A DNA stretch of 32,051 nucleotides from the NCBI GenBank assembly GCA_040882355.1, contig JBBEBM010000033.1, positions 1-32,051 of the forward strand. Reading direction: 5' to 3'. The translations under genes were made by a program, and so were the position numbers. How positions within the stretch are numbered: position 1 is the first letter of the stretch; every line of letters starts with the position of its first letter. Origin of the DNA: Dehalococcoidia bacterium (GTDB taxonomy: Bacteria > Chloroflexota > Dehalococcoidia > DSTF01 > RBG-16-68-14). Shown here piece after piece: positions 10,178-19,018 of the stretch. Under the pieces are notes generated by a model. The model was not told the DNA's origin, did no database searches, and was given only the letters and a program-made list of their open reading frames with translations.

Positions 10178-11599
10178 GTGAGGAACACCGTTGCGGCCCC
10201 ACGGGGGGCCGTCGCCCGCGCACCTGCCGGCGCTGCTCTCGCATCGGCGCGAGCGGCGCTGGGTGATCACGCCCTCCAGCTCGCCCTGATCATGGGCGGC
10301 GCCCTCGTGTTCCGGCTCGCCTGGATCGCCTACTCCGGCTGGCAGCCGACGCCTGACGACGATGCCTTCCGCTACGACTTCACCGCGCGCGCCCTCGTCG
10401 AGGGCCAGGGCTACGTCCACCTGAACAACCTGCCGACGGCGTTCTGGCCGCCCGGCTACCCGCTGCTGCTCGCCGTGGCGTACAAGATCTTCGGCGCGGG
10501 CGCGACGACAGCGCAGTTGCTCAACGTGCTGCTCGGCACCGCAACGGTCGGCCTCGTTCACCTGATCGGTCGGCGCACGGTCGGCGAGCGGGCGGCGCTG
10601 GTCGCGGCGGGCATCGTCGCGGCGTTCCCCAGCCTGATCTTCTTCACGGCCGTCACGCTCTCCGAGACGACGTTCACGTTCCTGGTGCTGCTCGCCGTCT
10701 ACCTGCTCCTGCGCGAATCGGACCCCGAGCGTACGGATGCGGGCGGGCGCAACCTGCGGCTGCTGTTCATCGCGGGCCTCGTCATCGGCTACGCGAGCCT
10801 GGTGCGCGGGCAGGCGCTGCTGCTGCCGCTGGTGCTCGTGCCGTTCTGGGTGCGCTCCGGCTTTGCGCGGCCGGCGATCACCGACAAGCTCGTCGCGCTG
10901 GCCTTGGGCATCGGGCTGGTCGTGGCGCCGTGGACCATCCGCAACGCCGCCGAGATGGGCGCGCCGGTGCTCATCTCGACCAACGCCGGCGTCGACTTCT
11001 GGATCGGGCATCACGAGGGCGCGACCGGCCGCGGGCAGATGGCGGACGAGCTGTTCGCCGGCCACCCGGAGCTGGACACGACGGAGCGCGAGGTGGCGGT
11101 CAACGCGGACGGCTTCCGCGACGGACTCTCATACGCGATCTCACATCCCTGGGGTGAGCTGACGCTGCCGGCCAAGAAGCTCTTCTGGCTCTACAGCCAT
11201 GATGCAGAAGCGCTGCTCTGGAACGAGGGTCACGGCGGCCAGCCGTTCCTGAGCGGCGCCGAGGAGTTTCTGCTCCTGGGCTTCTCTAACGGCTACTACT
11301 ACATCGTCATGGGGGTCTTCGTCTTGGGCGCGGCCCGCTGGTTCTCCTGGCGTGAGCCTGGCCGGGTCCTGCTGATCTCGCTCATCACCTACTGGACGCT
11401 GGCCCATCTGGTCTTCTTCGGCGACCCGCGGTTCCATGCGCCGATCATGCCCATCATCGCACTCCTGGCGGCGGTACCGATCGCGGCATTTCGCTGGGGC
11501 GACGTGGACGAGGGTGAGGTGGGAGCGATCGGAGCGTCATTGAAGCTATCCGAAGCCTCTGATATGATCCCGGTGTCGGCCCGAGCCGATAAGGCATAG
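10178..11599 (+). CDS. Integral membrane glycosyltransferase, GT-C fold (ArnT/PMT, family 39-like)
   Basis: Many hydrophobic segments; PDDDAFRY loop, PTAFWPPGYP, LSET.F, PWTIRN, STNAG and FFGDPRF motifs. Confidence 0.8.
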   Translation: MRNTVAAPRGAVARAPAGAALASARAALGDHALQLALIMGGALVFRLAWIAYSGWQPTPDDDAFRYDFTARALVEGQGYVHLNNLPTAFWPPGYPLLLAVAYKIFGAGATTAQLLNVLLGTATVGLVHLIGRRTVGERAALVAAGIVAAFPSLIFFTAVTLSETTFTFLVLLAVYLLLRESDPERTDAGGRNLRLLFIAGLVIGYASLVRGQALLLPLVLVPFWVRSGFARPAITDKLVALALGIGLVVAPWTIRNAAEMGAPVLISTNAGVDFWIGHHEGATGRGQMADELFAGHPELDTTEREVAVNADGFRDGLSYAISHPWGELTLPAKKLFWLYSHDAEALLWNEGHGGQPFLSGAEEFLLLGFSNGYYYIVMGVFVLGAARWFSWREPGRVLLISLITYWTLAHLVFFGDPRFHAPIMPIIALLAAVPIAAFRWGDVDEGEVGAIGASLKLSEASDMIPVSARADKA

Positions 11600-11637
11600 A
11601 TGATAGACCCCTTGGCTCGCAGAGACCCGCGCAACGT

Positions 11638-13311
11638 ATGAACCGCGTCATTCTCGCCATCCTGGGCGTGGTGGCGGCGCTGGTGCTTGCCGTGGGCGTC
11701 GTCGTCATCGTGCTCGTCGCGGGCGGCGGCGACAGCGATAGCGGGAACGCCCAGACCGACCCAACCGAAGAGGACGGCGACGGCGGCGAACGGACCGAAG
11801 GCGAGCTGCGGCTCCTGGGCGCAGAGCCGATCACGCTCGACCCGCACCTGGCGCAGGACGCCAGCTCCGCCGTTTACATCGTCGAGATCTTCGGCGGGTT
11901 GCTCACCATGGACACCGATCTCCAGGTCCAGCCCGACCTGGCCGACGCGATCCCGACAATCGAGAACGGCGGCAAGGTCGTCAACCCGGACGGCACCGTC
12001 ACCTACGCCTTCCACATCCGCGAAAACGCCCTCTTCCACGATGGCAAGCCCGTCCTAGCGGAGGACGTGAAGGCGTCGCTAGAGCGCGCCGCGGACCCCG
12101 CGACGCAGTCGCTCGTCTCGGCGTTCTTCTTAGGCGACATCGTCGGCGTGACGGAGAAGCTGCGCGATCAGACGGAGGAGGTGAGCGGTGTCGTTGTCGT
12201 CGACGATCGCACCGTCGCGATCACGATCGAGACCGACAGCCCGTCGTTCCTCTTCAAGCTGACCTATCCGACTGCGTTCGTTGTGGACGTCGACCAGACC
12301 GAGGCCAACCCCGACAACTGGACGCGCAACCCGAACGGCACGGGGCCTTACAAGCTGGACGAGTGGCGCTTCGGCGAGCGGATCGTGCTCCAGGCGCACG
12401 AGCGCTACCACCTGGGCGCGCCCAACGTAAAGACGGTGCGCTACCTGCTCGCCGGCCAGCCGGTCACGCTCTATGAAGCAGGCGACATCGACGTGACGGG
12501 TGTGGGCATCGACGACCTGGAGCGCGTCCAGGACCCGGCCGACCCGCTCAACGCGGAGTACCACACGGGCAGCCGCCTCGCCGTCGACTACGTCGGATTC
12601 AACGTGAACGCGCCGCCGTTCGACGACCCGCTGGTGCGGCAGGCGTTCGCGATGGCGATCGACAAGGAGCAGATCGCGCAGACGGTCCTGCTGGACGCCA
12701 TTCCAGTCGCCAACAGCATCATGATGCCGGGCCTGCCGGCATACGACCAAGCGGCCCAGGCGCCGGCGTTCGATCCAGAAGGAGCAGTGCAGCTTCTGGA
12801 GGACTCGAGCTACGGCGGGCCCGACGACCTGCCGCCGATTACCCTCGCCGAGAGCGGCGCCGGCGCCAGCTCCGGCCCGGGCACCGCGGCGATCGTTGAG
12901 ATGTGGCGCCAGAACCTTGGGGTGGAGGTCGTAATCCAGCAGGCGGAGTCCGCGACGTTCTTCCAGGACGTCGACCAGGGCAGGTATCAGATGTTCCTGC
13001 TCGCCTGGATCATGGACTATCCGGACGAAGAGAACATCCTCAACATCCACTTCGATAGCGAGAGCCCGAACAACAACACCGGCTACGACAACCCGCAGGT
13101 CGACGATCTGCTGCGTCAGGCCTTCACTGAGCCGGACCGGACCGCCCGCACGGACCTCTACCGTCAGGCTGAACAGCTCATCCTGCAGGACGTCGCGTGG
13201 TTCCCCCTGTACTTCGACCGCTATCACGTGCTGATCAAGCCGTACGTGCAGAACTACCTGATCCCGCCCGCCATCGTGCCGCGCCTGCGCTTCATCACGC
13301 TCACGCAGTAA
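11638..13311 (+). CDS. Peptide/nickel ABC transporter substrate-binding protein (family 5, OppA/DppA-like)
   Basis: N-terminal hydrophobic anchor; TLDPHLA, PDLA, FHDGKP..AEDV, PNGTGPYKL and PPFDDPLVRQAFAMAIDK motifs. Confidence 0.92.
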   Translation: MNRVILAILGVVAALVLAVGVVVIVLVAGGGDSDSGNAQTDPTEEDGDGGERTEGELRLLGAEPITLDPHLAQDASSAVYIVEIFGGLLTMDTDLQVQPDLADAIPTIENGGKVVNPDGTVTYAFHIRENALFHDGKPVLAEDVKASLERAADPATQSLVSAFFLGDIVGVTEKLRDQTEEVSGVVVVDDRTVAITIETDSPSFLFKLTYPTAFVVDVDQTEANPDNWTRNPNGTGPYKLDEWRFGERIVLQAHERYHLGAPNVKTVRYLLAGQPVTLYEAGDIDVTGVGIDDLERVQDPADPLNAEYHTGSRLAVDYVGFNVNAPPFDDPLVRQAFAMAIDKEQIAQTVLLDAIPVANSIMMPGLPAYDQAAQAPAFDPEGAVQLLEDSSYGGPDDLPPITLAESGAGASSGPGTAAIVEMWRQNLGVEVVIQQAESATFFQDVDQGRYQMFLLAWIMDYPDEENILNIHFDSESPNNNTGYDNPQVDDLLRQAFTEPDRTARTDLYRQAEQLILQDVAWFPLYFDRYHVLIKPYVQNYLIPPAIVPRLRFITLTQ

Positions 13312-13328
13312 GCAGGCGGCACCCCGCC

Positions 13329-14324
13329 ATGCCGCTCCTCGGCTACGTGATCCGACGCCTCCTCTGGTTACCGGTGATCCTCTTCGCCGTGTCGTTCCTG
13401 ACGTTTACGATCACGCGCTTCGGGCCCGGCGACCCGATCGCCGTGCTGGGGTCGAACTACCAGGACCCGGAGACGTTCGCGCGGGTGCGCGAGGAGCGCG
13501 GCCTGGACGAGCCGTTCTACGAGCAGTACGCCATCTACATGAAGGGCGTGATCACCGAAGGCGACTTCGGCGAAAGCGTCACCATCTACCGAGATCAGGA
13601 CGTCTGGGACATCATCTGGCCGCGCATGCTTGTGTCGATCCAGGTAGGCTTCCTTGCGCTGGTGATCGGTTTCACCGCGGGCACGGCCGTCGGGCTCTAC
13701 TCAGCGACGCGGCAGGGGAGCTGGCAGGACCCGCTGGCGATCAGCAGCTTCCTGCTCTTCCAGTCGATCCCAGTGCTCGTAAGCCTGCCCTTCTTGATGC
13801 TGATCTTCATCGTGAGGCTGGGCTGGCTGCCGGCGACCGGCTGGGGCGGGCCGGACGTGGACGTGGGGCCGCAGACGATATCGCTGGGTATCTTCAGCAC
13901 GCACATCATCCTGCCAACCATCGCCCTCTCGCTGCCCATGGTCGCCGGCGTGGCGCGCCTGGTGCGAGCGACGACGCTCTCCGTGCTGCACGACGACTAC
14001 GTGCGTACGGCGCGGGCGAAAGGGCTGCCGGAGGGCACCGTGGTGAGGCGGCACGTCGCGCGCAACTCGCTGCTGCCGCTCGTCACCGTGATCGGCCTTT
14101 CGATGGTCTCGCTGCTCGAGGGCGCCTTCTTCGTTGAGATCATTCTCGGTATCCCGGGCATCGGTTCGCTCTCGTTTCAGGCCGCGACGAGCCGCGATTA
14201 CGACATCATCCTCGCGCTCGTGCTGATCCTGGCCTTCGTGTTCGTCATCGCCAACATCGTCATCGATGTCATCTACACGGTGATCGATCCGCGCATCCGC
14301 TATGACGGACAGGGAGGCGCCTGA
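13329..14324 (+). CDS. Peptide ABC transporter permease (OppB/DppB-like)
   Basis: YVIRRLL start at ATG 13329, PGDP, GDFGES, EAA loop DYVRTARAKGL, RDY and DPRIRY. Confidence 0.92.
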   Translation: MPLLGYVIRRLLWLPVILFAVSFLTFTITRFGPGDPIAVLGSNYQDPETFARVREERGLDEPFYEQYAIYMKGVITEGDFGESVTIYRDQDVWDIIWPRMLVSIQVGFLALVIGFTAGTAVGLYSATRQGSWQDPLAISSFLLFQSIPVLVSLPFLMLIFIVRLGWLPATGWGGPDVDVGPQTISLGIFSTHIILPTIALSLPMVAGVARLVRATTLSVLHDDYVRTARAKGLPEGTVVRRHVARNSLLPLVTVIGLSMVSLLEGAFFVEIILGIPGIGSLSFQAATSRDYDIILALVLILAFVFVIANIVIDVIYTVIDPRIRYDGQGGA

Positions 14325-15490
14325 TGGCCGAAGCGACCGCCGGGCTGCCTATTGAGCCGACCCTTGAGCGAGCGCCCTCCAGCCCGTGGCGAGTCGCGAC
14401 GCGCCGCCTTCTGGGCAAGCGGATCGCTCTCACCGCGCTGGTGATCATCACCATCTTCTACCTCATGGGGCTGTTCGCGCCCGTCCTGGCGCCGCAGGAC
14501 TACCGAAACCAGGACCTAGAGAACACCCTCCAGGCGCCATCCCAGGAGCACCTGCTGGGCACGGACCGGCTGGGTCGCGACATGCTAAGCCGGGTGATCT
14601 GGGCGGCTCGCACCACGATCATCGTCACAGTGGCTACCGTGGTCACCGGGGGCCTGGTGCTGGCCGTGGGTCTGGGTATGCTCTCCGGCTATGCCGGCGG
14701 CAAGACGGACACCGCCATTATGCGGACGGGCGAGGTCTTCGCTTCGCTGCCCGCCCTCCCTCTACTGATCCTGATCAATACGACGATGCGCTTCCGGGCA
14801 AAGCAGAGCGTCGAATGGCTGGAGAGCCACATCTCAAGCGAGGCGCTCCAGGACGCGCTGGAGGCGCGCTCCGGCCCGGAGTTCGTGTTCATTGTCATCC
14901 TGGGCCTGCTGGCCGCCGCAGGCCTCCTGGGGCTCGTCGCCTGGCTGGCGGCGGGCGAGGAGCGGCGGAGCGGGGTCTGGCTTGTGCCCGGCGTGGTCGC
15001 GGCGTTCGTCATCCTCTCACTCTGGCTGGTGCAGGGCATCTTTGCGACCGGCGGCGCCGAGGACTACTTCCTCATTTTCGGGGCGCTCGCGCTTTTCAGT
15101 TGGGTTGGCGGCGCACGCGTGATCCGCTCGCAGGTGCTGTCGCTACGGGAGACGGAGTACGTGCTGGCGGCGCGGGCGATGGGCGCGAGCACCTCGCGGA
15201 TCCTCATGTCGCACCTGCTTCCCAACGTGAGCCCGATCATCATCGTCAGCGTCTCGGCCGGCCTCGGAGCCATCGCCGGGGCCGAGATCGCCTTGACGTT
15301 CCTGGGCGTGGGCATCCACGAGCCGACCCCGAGCTTTGGCGCGCTGATCTACGAGGCGAGCAACTTGCGGACGATCGACAACTACCCGTACCTCCTGCTG
15401 GCGCCGGCAATTGTCGTGGCGATGCTGATCTTCTCCTTCAACTTGCTGGGGGACGCCCTGAACGACGTGCTGACGCCCCGGTCGCGGTGA
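14324..15490 (+). CDS. Peptide ABC transporter permease (OppC/DppC-like) with an internal insertion
   Basis: HLLGTDRLGRDMLSR, EYVLAARAMGAS, HLLPN and FNLLGDALND; start overlaps the preceding stop (TGATG). Confidence 0.92.
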   Translation: MAEATAGLPIEPTLERAPSSPWRVATRRLLGKRIALTALVIITIFYLMGLFAPVLAPQDYRNQDLENTLQAPSQEHLLGTDRLGRDMLSRVIWAARTTIIVTVATVVTGGLVLAVGLGMLSGYAGGKTDTAIMRTGEVFASLPALPLLILINTTMRFRAKQSVEWLESHISSEALQDALEARSGPEFVFIVILGLLAAAGLLGLVAWLAAGEERRSGVWLVPGVVAAFVILSLWLVQGIFATGGAEDYFLIFGALALFSWVGGARVIRSQVLSLRETEYVLAARAMGASTSRILMSHLLPNVSPIIIVSVSAGLGAIAGAEIALTFLGVGIHEPTPSFGALIYEASNLRTIDNYPYLLLAPAIVVAMLIFSFNLLGDALNDVLTPRSR

Positions 15491-15523
15491 CCGCCCTCAG
15501 GTTCGCTGAAGGGCAGGCGCGGC

Positions 15524-15532
15524 TGGTATAAT
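15524..15532 (+). promoter_or_regulatory. Extended -10 promoter TGgTATAAT of tig-clpP-clpX
   Basis: Perfect TGnTATAAT ending 18 nt before the TTG start. Confidence 0.7.
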
Positions 15533-15550
15533 TCAGTGCAGGGGGCATAG

Positions 15551-16873
15551 TTGAAGGTCTCTACAGAACGCCTTCCCCAGAGCCAAATAGCGCTGCAGAT
15601 AGAGGTGGATGACGAGCGCCTGGCAAGCGCGAAAACGTCCGCCTACCGCCGTATCGCGGCCAAGACGCGCATCCCCGGCTTCCGGCCGGGCAAGGCGCCT
15701 CGAGAGGTCGTCGAGCGCCACGTGGGGGAGCACACGATCTTCCACGAGGCAGTCGACCGGCTGCTGCCTCAGGTCTACCAGGAGGCGCTCGAACAGGAGT
15801 CGATCGACCCCATCGACAGGGCGGAGTACGAGATGGTGACCGAGGAGCCGCTGGTCGTCAAGTTCACCGTGCCCGTGCGGCCCGAGATCGACCTGGGCGA
15901 CTACGGCTCGATACGCATCGCGCGGGAGCCGGTGGTCGTCGAGCCGGAACGCATCCAGGAGAACCTGGAGGCGCTCAGGCGCCGCTACGCCACGCTGGAG
16001 CCGGCCACGCGGCCCATCCAGTGGGGCGACGTGGTGCGGGCCGACGTGCAGGGTACGGTGGACGGTACGGCGCTGGTGAACGAAGAGGACGCGGAGTTCC
16101 AGCTCAATGAAGGGCGACCGATCTCGCTGCCGGGCTTCGCTGAGGCGCTCCTGGGCACGGAGAAGGGCGCGACGCTCGACTTCGATGTGACAGCGCCCGA
16201 AGAGGTCACGGACGAGCGTCTGCGAGGCAAGACGGCGCATTACCAGGTGCAGATCAAGGAAGTGAAGCAGGAGGTGCTGCCGGAGCTGGACGACGAGTTC
16301 GCCCGGCAGGTGGGCGAAGGCTTCTCCGACCTGGCCGCGCTCCGTTCGCGCGTGGAGGAGAACCTCCGCCAGGGGCTGGAGCAGGAGGCGGAGCACAAGC
16401 AACACGACGCCATCCTGGAGGCGCTGGTCGGGCGGGCCAAGATCGAGTATCCGCCGGTGCTGCTCGATAGGGAGACCGCGCGCCTTCTGCGAGAGCAGAC
16501 GGGCACAGGCGCGTCGCAGGCAGACCTTGAGCGCTACCTGCAGCAGGCCGGCAAGAGCGAGGCTGATCTGCAGGAGGAGTTGCGCCCTTTGGCCGAGACG
16601 CGTTTGTCTCGCTCCCTAGTGTTGTCGCAGGTAGCCGAAGCCGAACATATAGAAGTAACTGACAGCGAGGTCGAGGCCGAGATCGAGCGGCTGACCTCCG
16701 GCGCCGGCGATCAAGCAGAGGAAGTGCGCCGCCTGTTCTCCGAAGAGAACGCGAAGGAGAGCCTGCGGCGCACTCTCATGACCCGAAAGACGCTGGACCG
16801 GCTGGTCGAGATCGCGTCTTCCGACGGAACGGAGCCGGAGGCCGTCGAGGCAGGAGCCGCCGACGCCGGCTAG
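15551..16873 (+). CDS. tig: Trigger factor
   Basis: Ribosome-binding signature [14 protein letters not shown]-like region ([10 protein letters not shown]), LPELDDEFA; upstream of clpP-clpX. Confidence 0.96.
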   Translation: MKVSTERLPQSQIALQIEVDDERLASAKTSAYRRIAAKTRIPGFRPGKAPREVVERHVGEHTIFHEAVDRLLPQVYQEALEQESIDPIDRAEYEMVTEEPLVVKFTVPVRPEIDLGDYGSIRIAREPVVVEPERIQENLEALRRRYATLEPATRPIQWGDVVRADVQGTVDGTALVNEEDAEFQLNEGRPISLPGFAEALLGTEKGATLDFDVTAPEEVTDERLRGKTAHYQVQIKEVKQEVLPELDDEFARQVGEGFSDLAALRSRVEENLRQGLEQEAEHKQHDAILEALVGRAKIEYPPVLLDRETARLLREQTGTGASQADLERYLQQAGKSEADLQEELRPLAETRLSRSLVLSQVAEAEHIEVTDSEVEAEIERLTSGAGDQAEEVRRLFSEENAKESLRRTLMTRKTLDRLVEIASSDGTEPEAVEAGAADAG

Positions 16874-16938
16874 CCGAAGGACCGGGAAGGAAACGACCAG
16901 GCCATGCGGCCTGCAGGTGTGAAGGAGCAGTACACCTC

Positions 16939-17547
16939 ATGATGAGCAACCTACCGCAGAACGTGATGATCCCGTCGGTGATCGAGACGAGCCCCCGGGG
17001 GGAGCGCGCGTTCGACATCTACTCGATGCTGCTCAAGGAGCGGATCATCTTCATGGGCACGCCGATCGACGACCAGATCGCGAACCTGGTGATCGCCCAG
17101 CTCCTCTTCCTGGCGCGAGAGGACCCGGACAAGGACATTCAGATGTACATCCACTCGCCCGGGGGCATCATCCCGGCGGGGCTGGCGATCTACGACACGA
17201 TGCAGATTATCCGGCCGGACGTCGCCACGTACTGCGTGGGCGTGACGGCGAGCATGGCGACGATCCTGCTCTCCGCCGGCACGAAGGGCAAGCGCTACGC
17301 GCTGCCCCACTCCACCATCCACATGCACCAGGCGATGGGCGGCGGTCGGGGCCAGGCCGTGGACGTTGAGATCATGGCCAAGGAGCTGCTCCGCGAGAAC
17401 GAGATCATCCGCCAGATCCTGGTGCAGAACACGGGTCAGAACGAGGAGCGAATTCGTCGCGATTTTGACCGAGACTTCTATATGGACCCGCACCAGGCTA
17501 AGGAGTACGGCATTGTCGACGAGATCCTCTCGAGAATAGAGGACTGA
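16939..17547 (+). CDS. clpP: ATP-dependent Clp protease proteolytic subunit
   Basis: [25 protein letters not shown], catalytic Ser in TASMA, His in MHQ, Asp in DRD. Confidence 0.97.
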   Translation: MMSNLPQNVMIPSVIETSPRGERAFDIYSMLLKERIIFMGTPIDDQIANLVIAQLLFLAREDPDKDIQMYIHSPGGIIPAGLAIYDTMQIIRPDVATYCVGVTASMATILLSAGTKGKRYALPHSTIHMHQAMGGGRGQAVDVEIMAKELLRENEIIRQILVQNTGQNEERIRRDFDRDFYMDPHQAKEYGIVDEILSRIED

Positions 17548-17611
17548 GCGAACTTCGGGTAGCTTCGGAGCGTTATGGCTGAGAGAGAGACGGGAAGAGA
17601 GGTTAGCTGGC

Positions 17612-18934
17612 ATGACGGGTAGTCGGGCTGGCAGGACGCAGTACCACTGTTCCTTCTGTGGGAAGAACCAGGACCAGGTCAAACGGCTGATCGCCGGCCC
17701 TGGCGCGGTCTACATCTGCGACGAGTGCGTGGAGCTGTGCCGCGAGATCATCGATGAGGAAGTAGCGGGCTCGCCCCGACCCAAGGCAACGAGCCAGCGC
17801 GTCCCGCCCCCGCGACAGGTCCAGGAGCATCTCAGCCAGTACGTCATCGGCCAGGACCAGGCCAAGAAGGTGCTCGCGGTGGCGGTGTACAACCACTACA
17901 AGCGCATCAACACCAACGCCATCCAGGACGACGTGGAGCTTGAGAAGAGCAACATCCTGCTCCTGGGCCCCACAGGCTGCGGCAAGACCCACCTGGCGCG
18001 CACGCTGGCCCGCATCCTGGACGTGCCGTTCACCATCGCCGACGCGACCGCGCTCACGGAGGCCGGCTACGTGGGCGAGGACGTGGAGAACATCCTGCTC
18101 CACCTGATCCAGGCGGCGGACTTCGACATCCAGCGCGCCGAGCGGGGCATCGTCTACATCGACGAGATCGACAAGATCGCCCGCAAGAGCGACAACCCAT
18201 CGATCACGCGCGACGTCTCGGGCGAGGGCGTGCAGCAGGCGCTGCTGAAGATCATCGAAGGCACCGTAGCGAACGTGCCGCCTCAGGGCGGACGCAAGCA
18301 CCCGCACCAGGACTTCATTCAGATCAACACCGGTGGCATCCTCTTCATCTGTGGCGGCGCCTTCGAAGGGCTGGACAAGATCATTGAGCGGCGCCTCTCG
18401 CAGGACAAGCGCTCGATGGGCTTCAAGGCGGACTACGCGGGCAAGCGCGGCCAAGAGCGCGCCGACGAGCTGATCAAGCACGTCACGCACGACGATCTGC
18501 TCCAGTACGGTCTGATTCCTGAGTTCGTTGGCCGCCTGCCGATGGCCGTGGGGCTGGAAGCGCTGGGCCGCGACGAGCTGCGCCTCATCTTGACGGAGCC
18601 GCGGAACGCGCTGATCAAGCAGTTCCAGCGCTTCTTCGCCATGGACGGCGTGGAGCTGGCCTTCACCGACGACGCGCTGGACGCGTGCGCCGAGGACGCC
18701 ATCCGTCACAAGACGGGCGCGCGCGGCCTGCGCACCGTCCTGGAGGACGTCCTCCTGGACGTAATGTACGAGATCCCGTCCCGCAGTGACGTGAAGAAGT
18801 GCGTCGTCACGGCCGAGTCGATCCGCAGTCACCAGCGGCCGCTGCTGCTCACGCGCACCGGCCAGGTGGTACCCAGCGAGCCGATCACACCCGCGGACCC
18901 GGAAGACGACGAGGCCAAGGACGCCACCGCCTAG
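17612..18934 (+). CDS. clpX: ATP-dependent Clp protease ATP-binding subunit ClpX
   Basis: Zn finger CSFCGK...ICDECV, Walker [21 protein letters not shown] loop, GARGLR. Confidence 0.97.
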   Translation: MTGSRAGRTQYHCSFCGKNQDQVKRLIAGPGAVYICDECVELCREIIDEEVAGSPRPKATSQRVPPPRQVQEHLSQYVIGQDQAKKVLAVAVYNHYKRINTNAIQDDVELEKSNILLLGPTGCGKTHLARTLARILDVPFTIADATALTEAGYVGEDVENILLHLIQAADFDIQRAERGIVYIDEIDKIARKSDNPSITRDVSGEGVQQALLKIIEGTVANVPPQGGRKHPHQDFIQINTGGILFICGGAFEGLDKIIERRLSQDKRSMGFKADYAGKRGQERADELIKHVTHDDLLQYGLIPEFVGRLPMAVGLEALGRDELRLILTEPRNALIKQFQRFFAMDGVELAFTDDALDACAEDAIRHKTGARGLRTVLEDVLLDVMYEIPSRSDVKKCVVTAESIRSHQRPLLLTRTGQVVPSEPITPADPEDDEAKDATA

Positions 18935-18953
18935 CCAGCTTCTCAGCACAGAT

Positions 18954-18988
18954 CGAAAGGGCCGCNNNNNNNNNNCTCGGCCCTTTCG
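18954..18988. terminator. Inverted repeat between convergent clpX and the vWA gene; likely bidirectional terminator (loop contains a 10-N gap)
   Basis: CGAAAGGGCCG (18954-18964) / CGGCCCTTTCG (18978-18988). Confidence 0.6.
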
Positions 18989-19018
18989 GATCATCCGGCC
19001 TGGACGCGGCGTGTTGCG

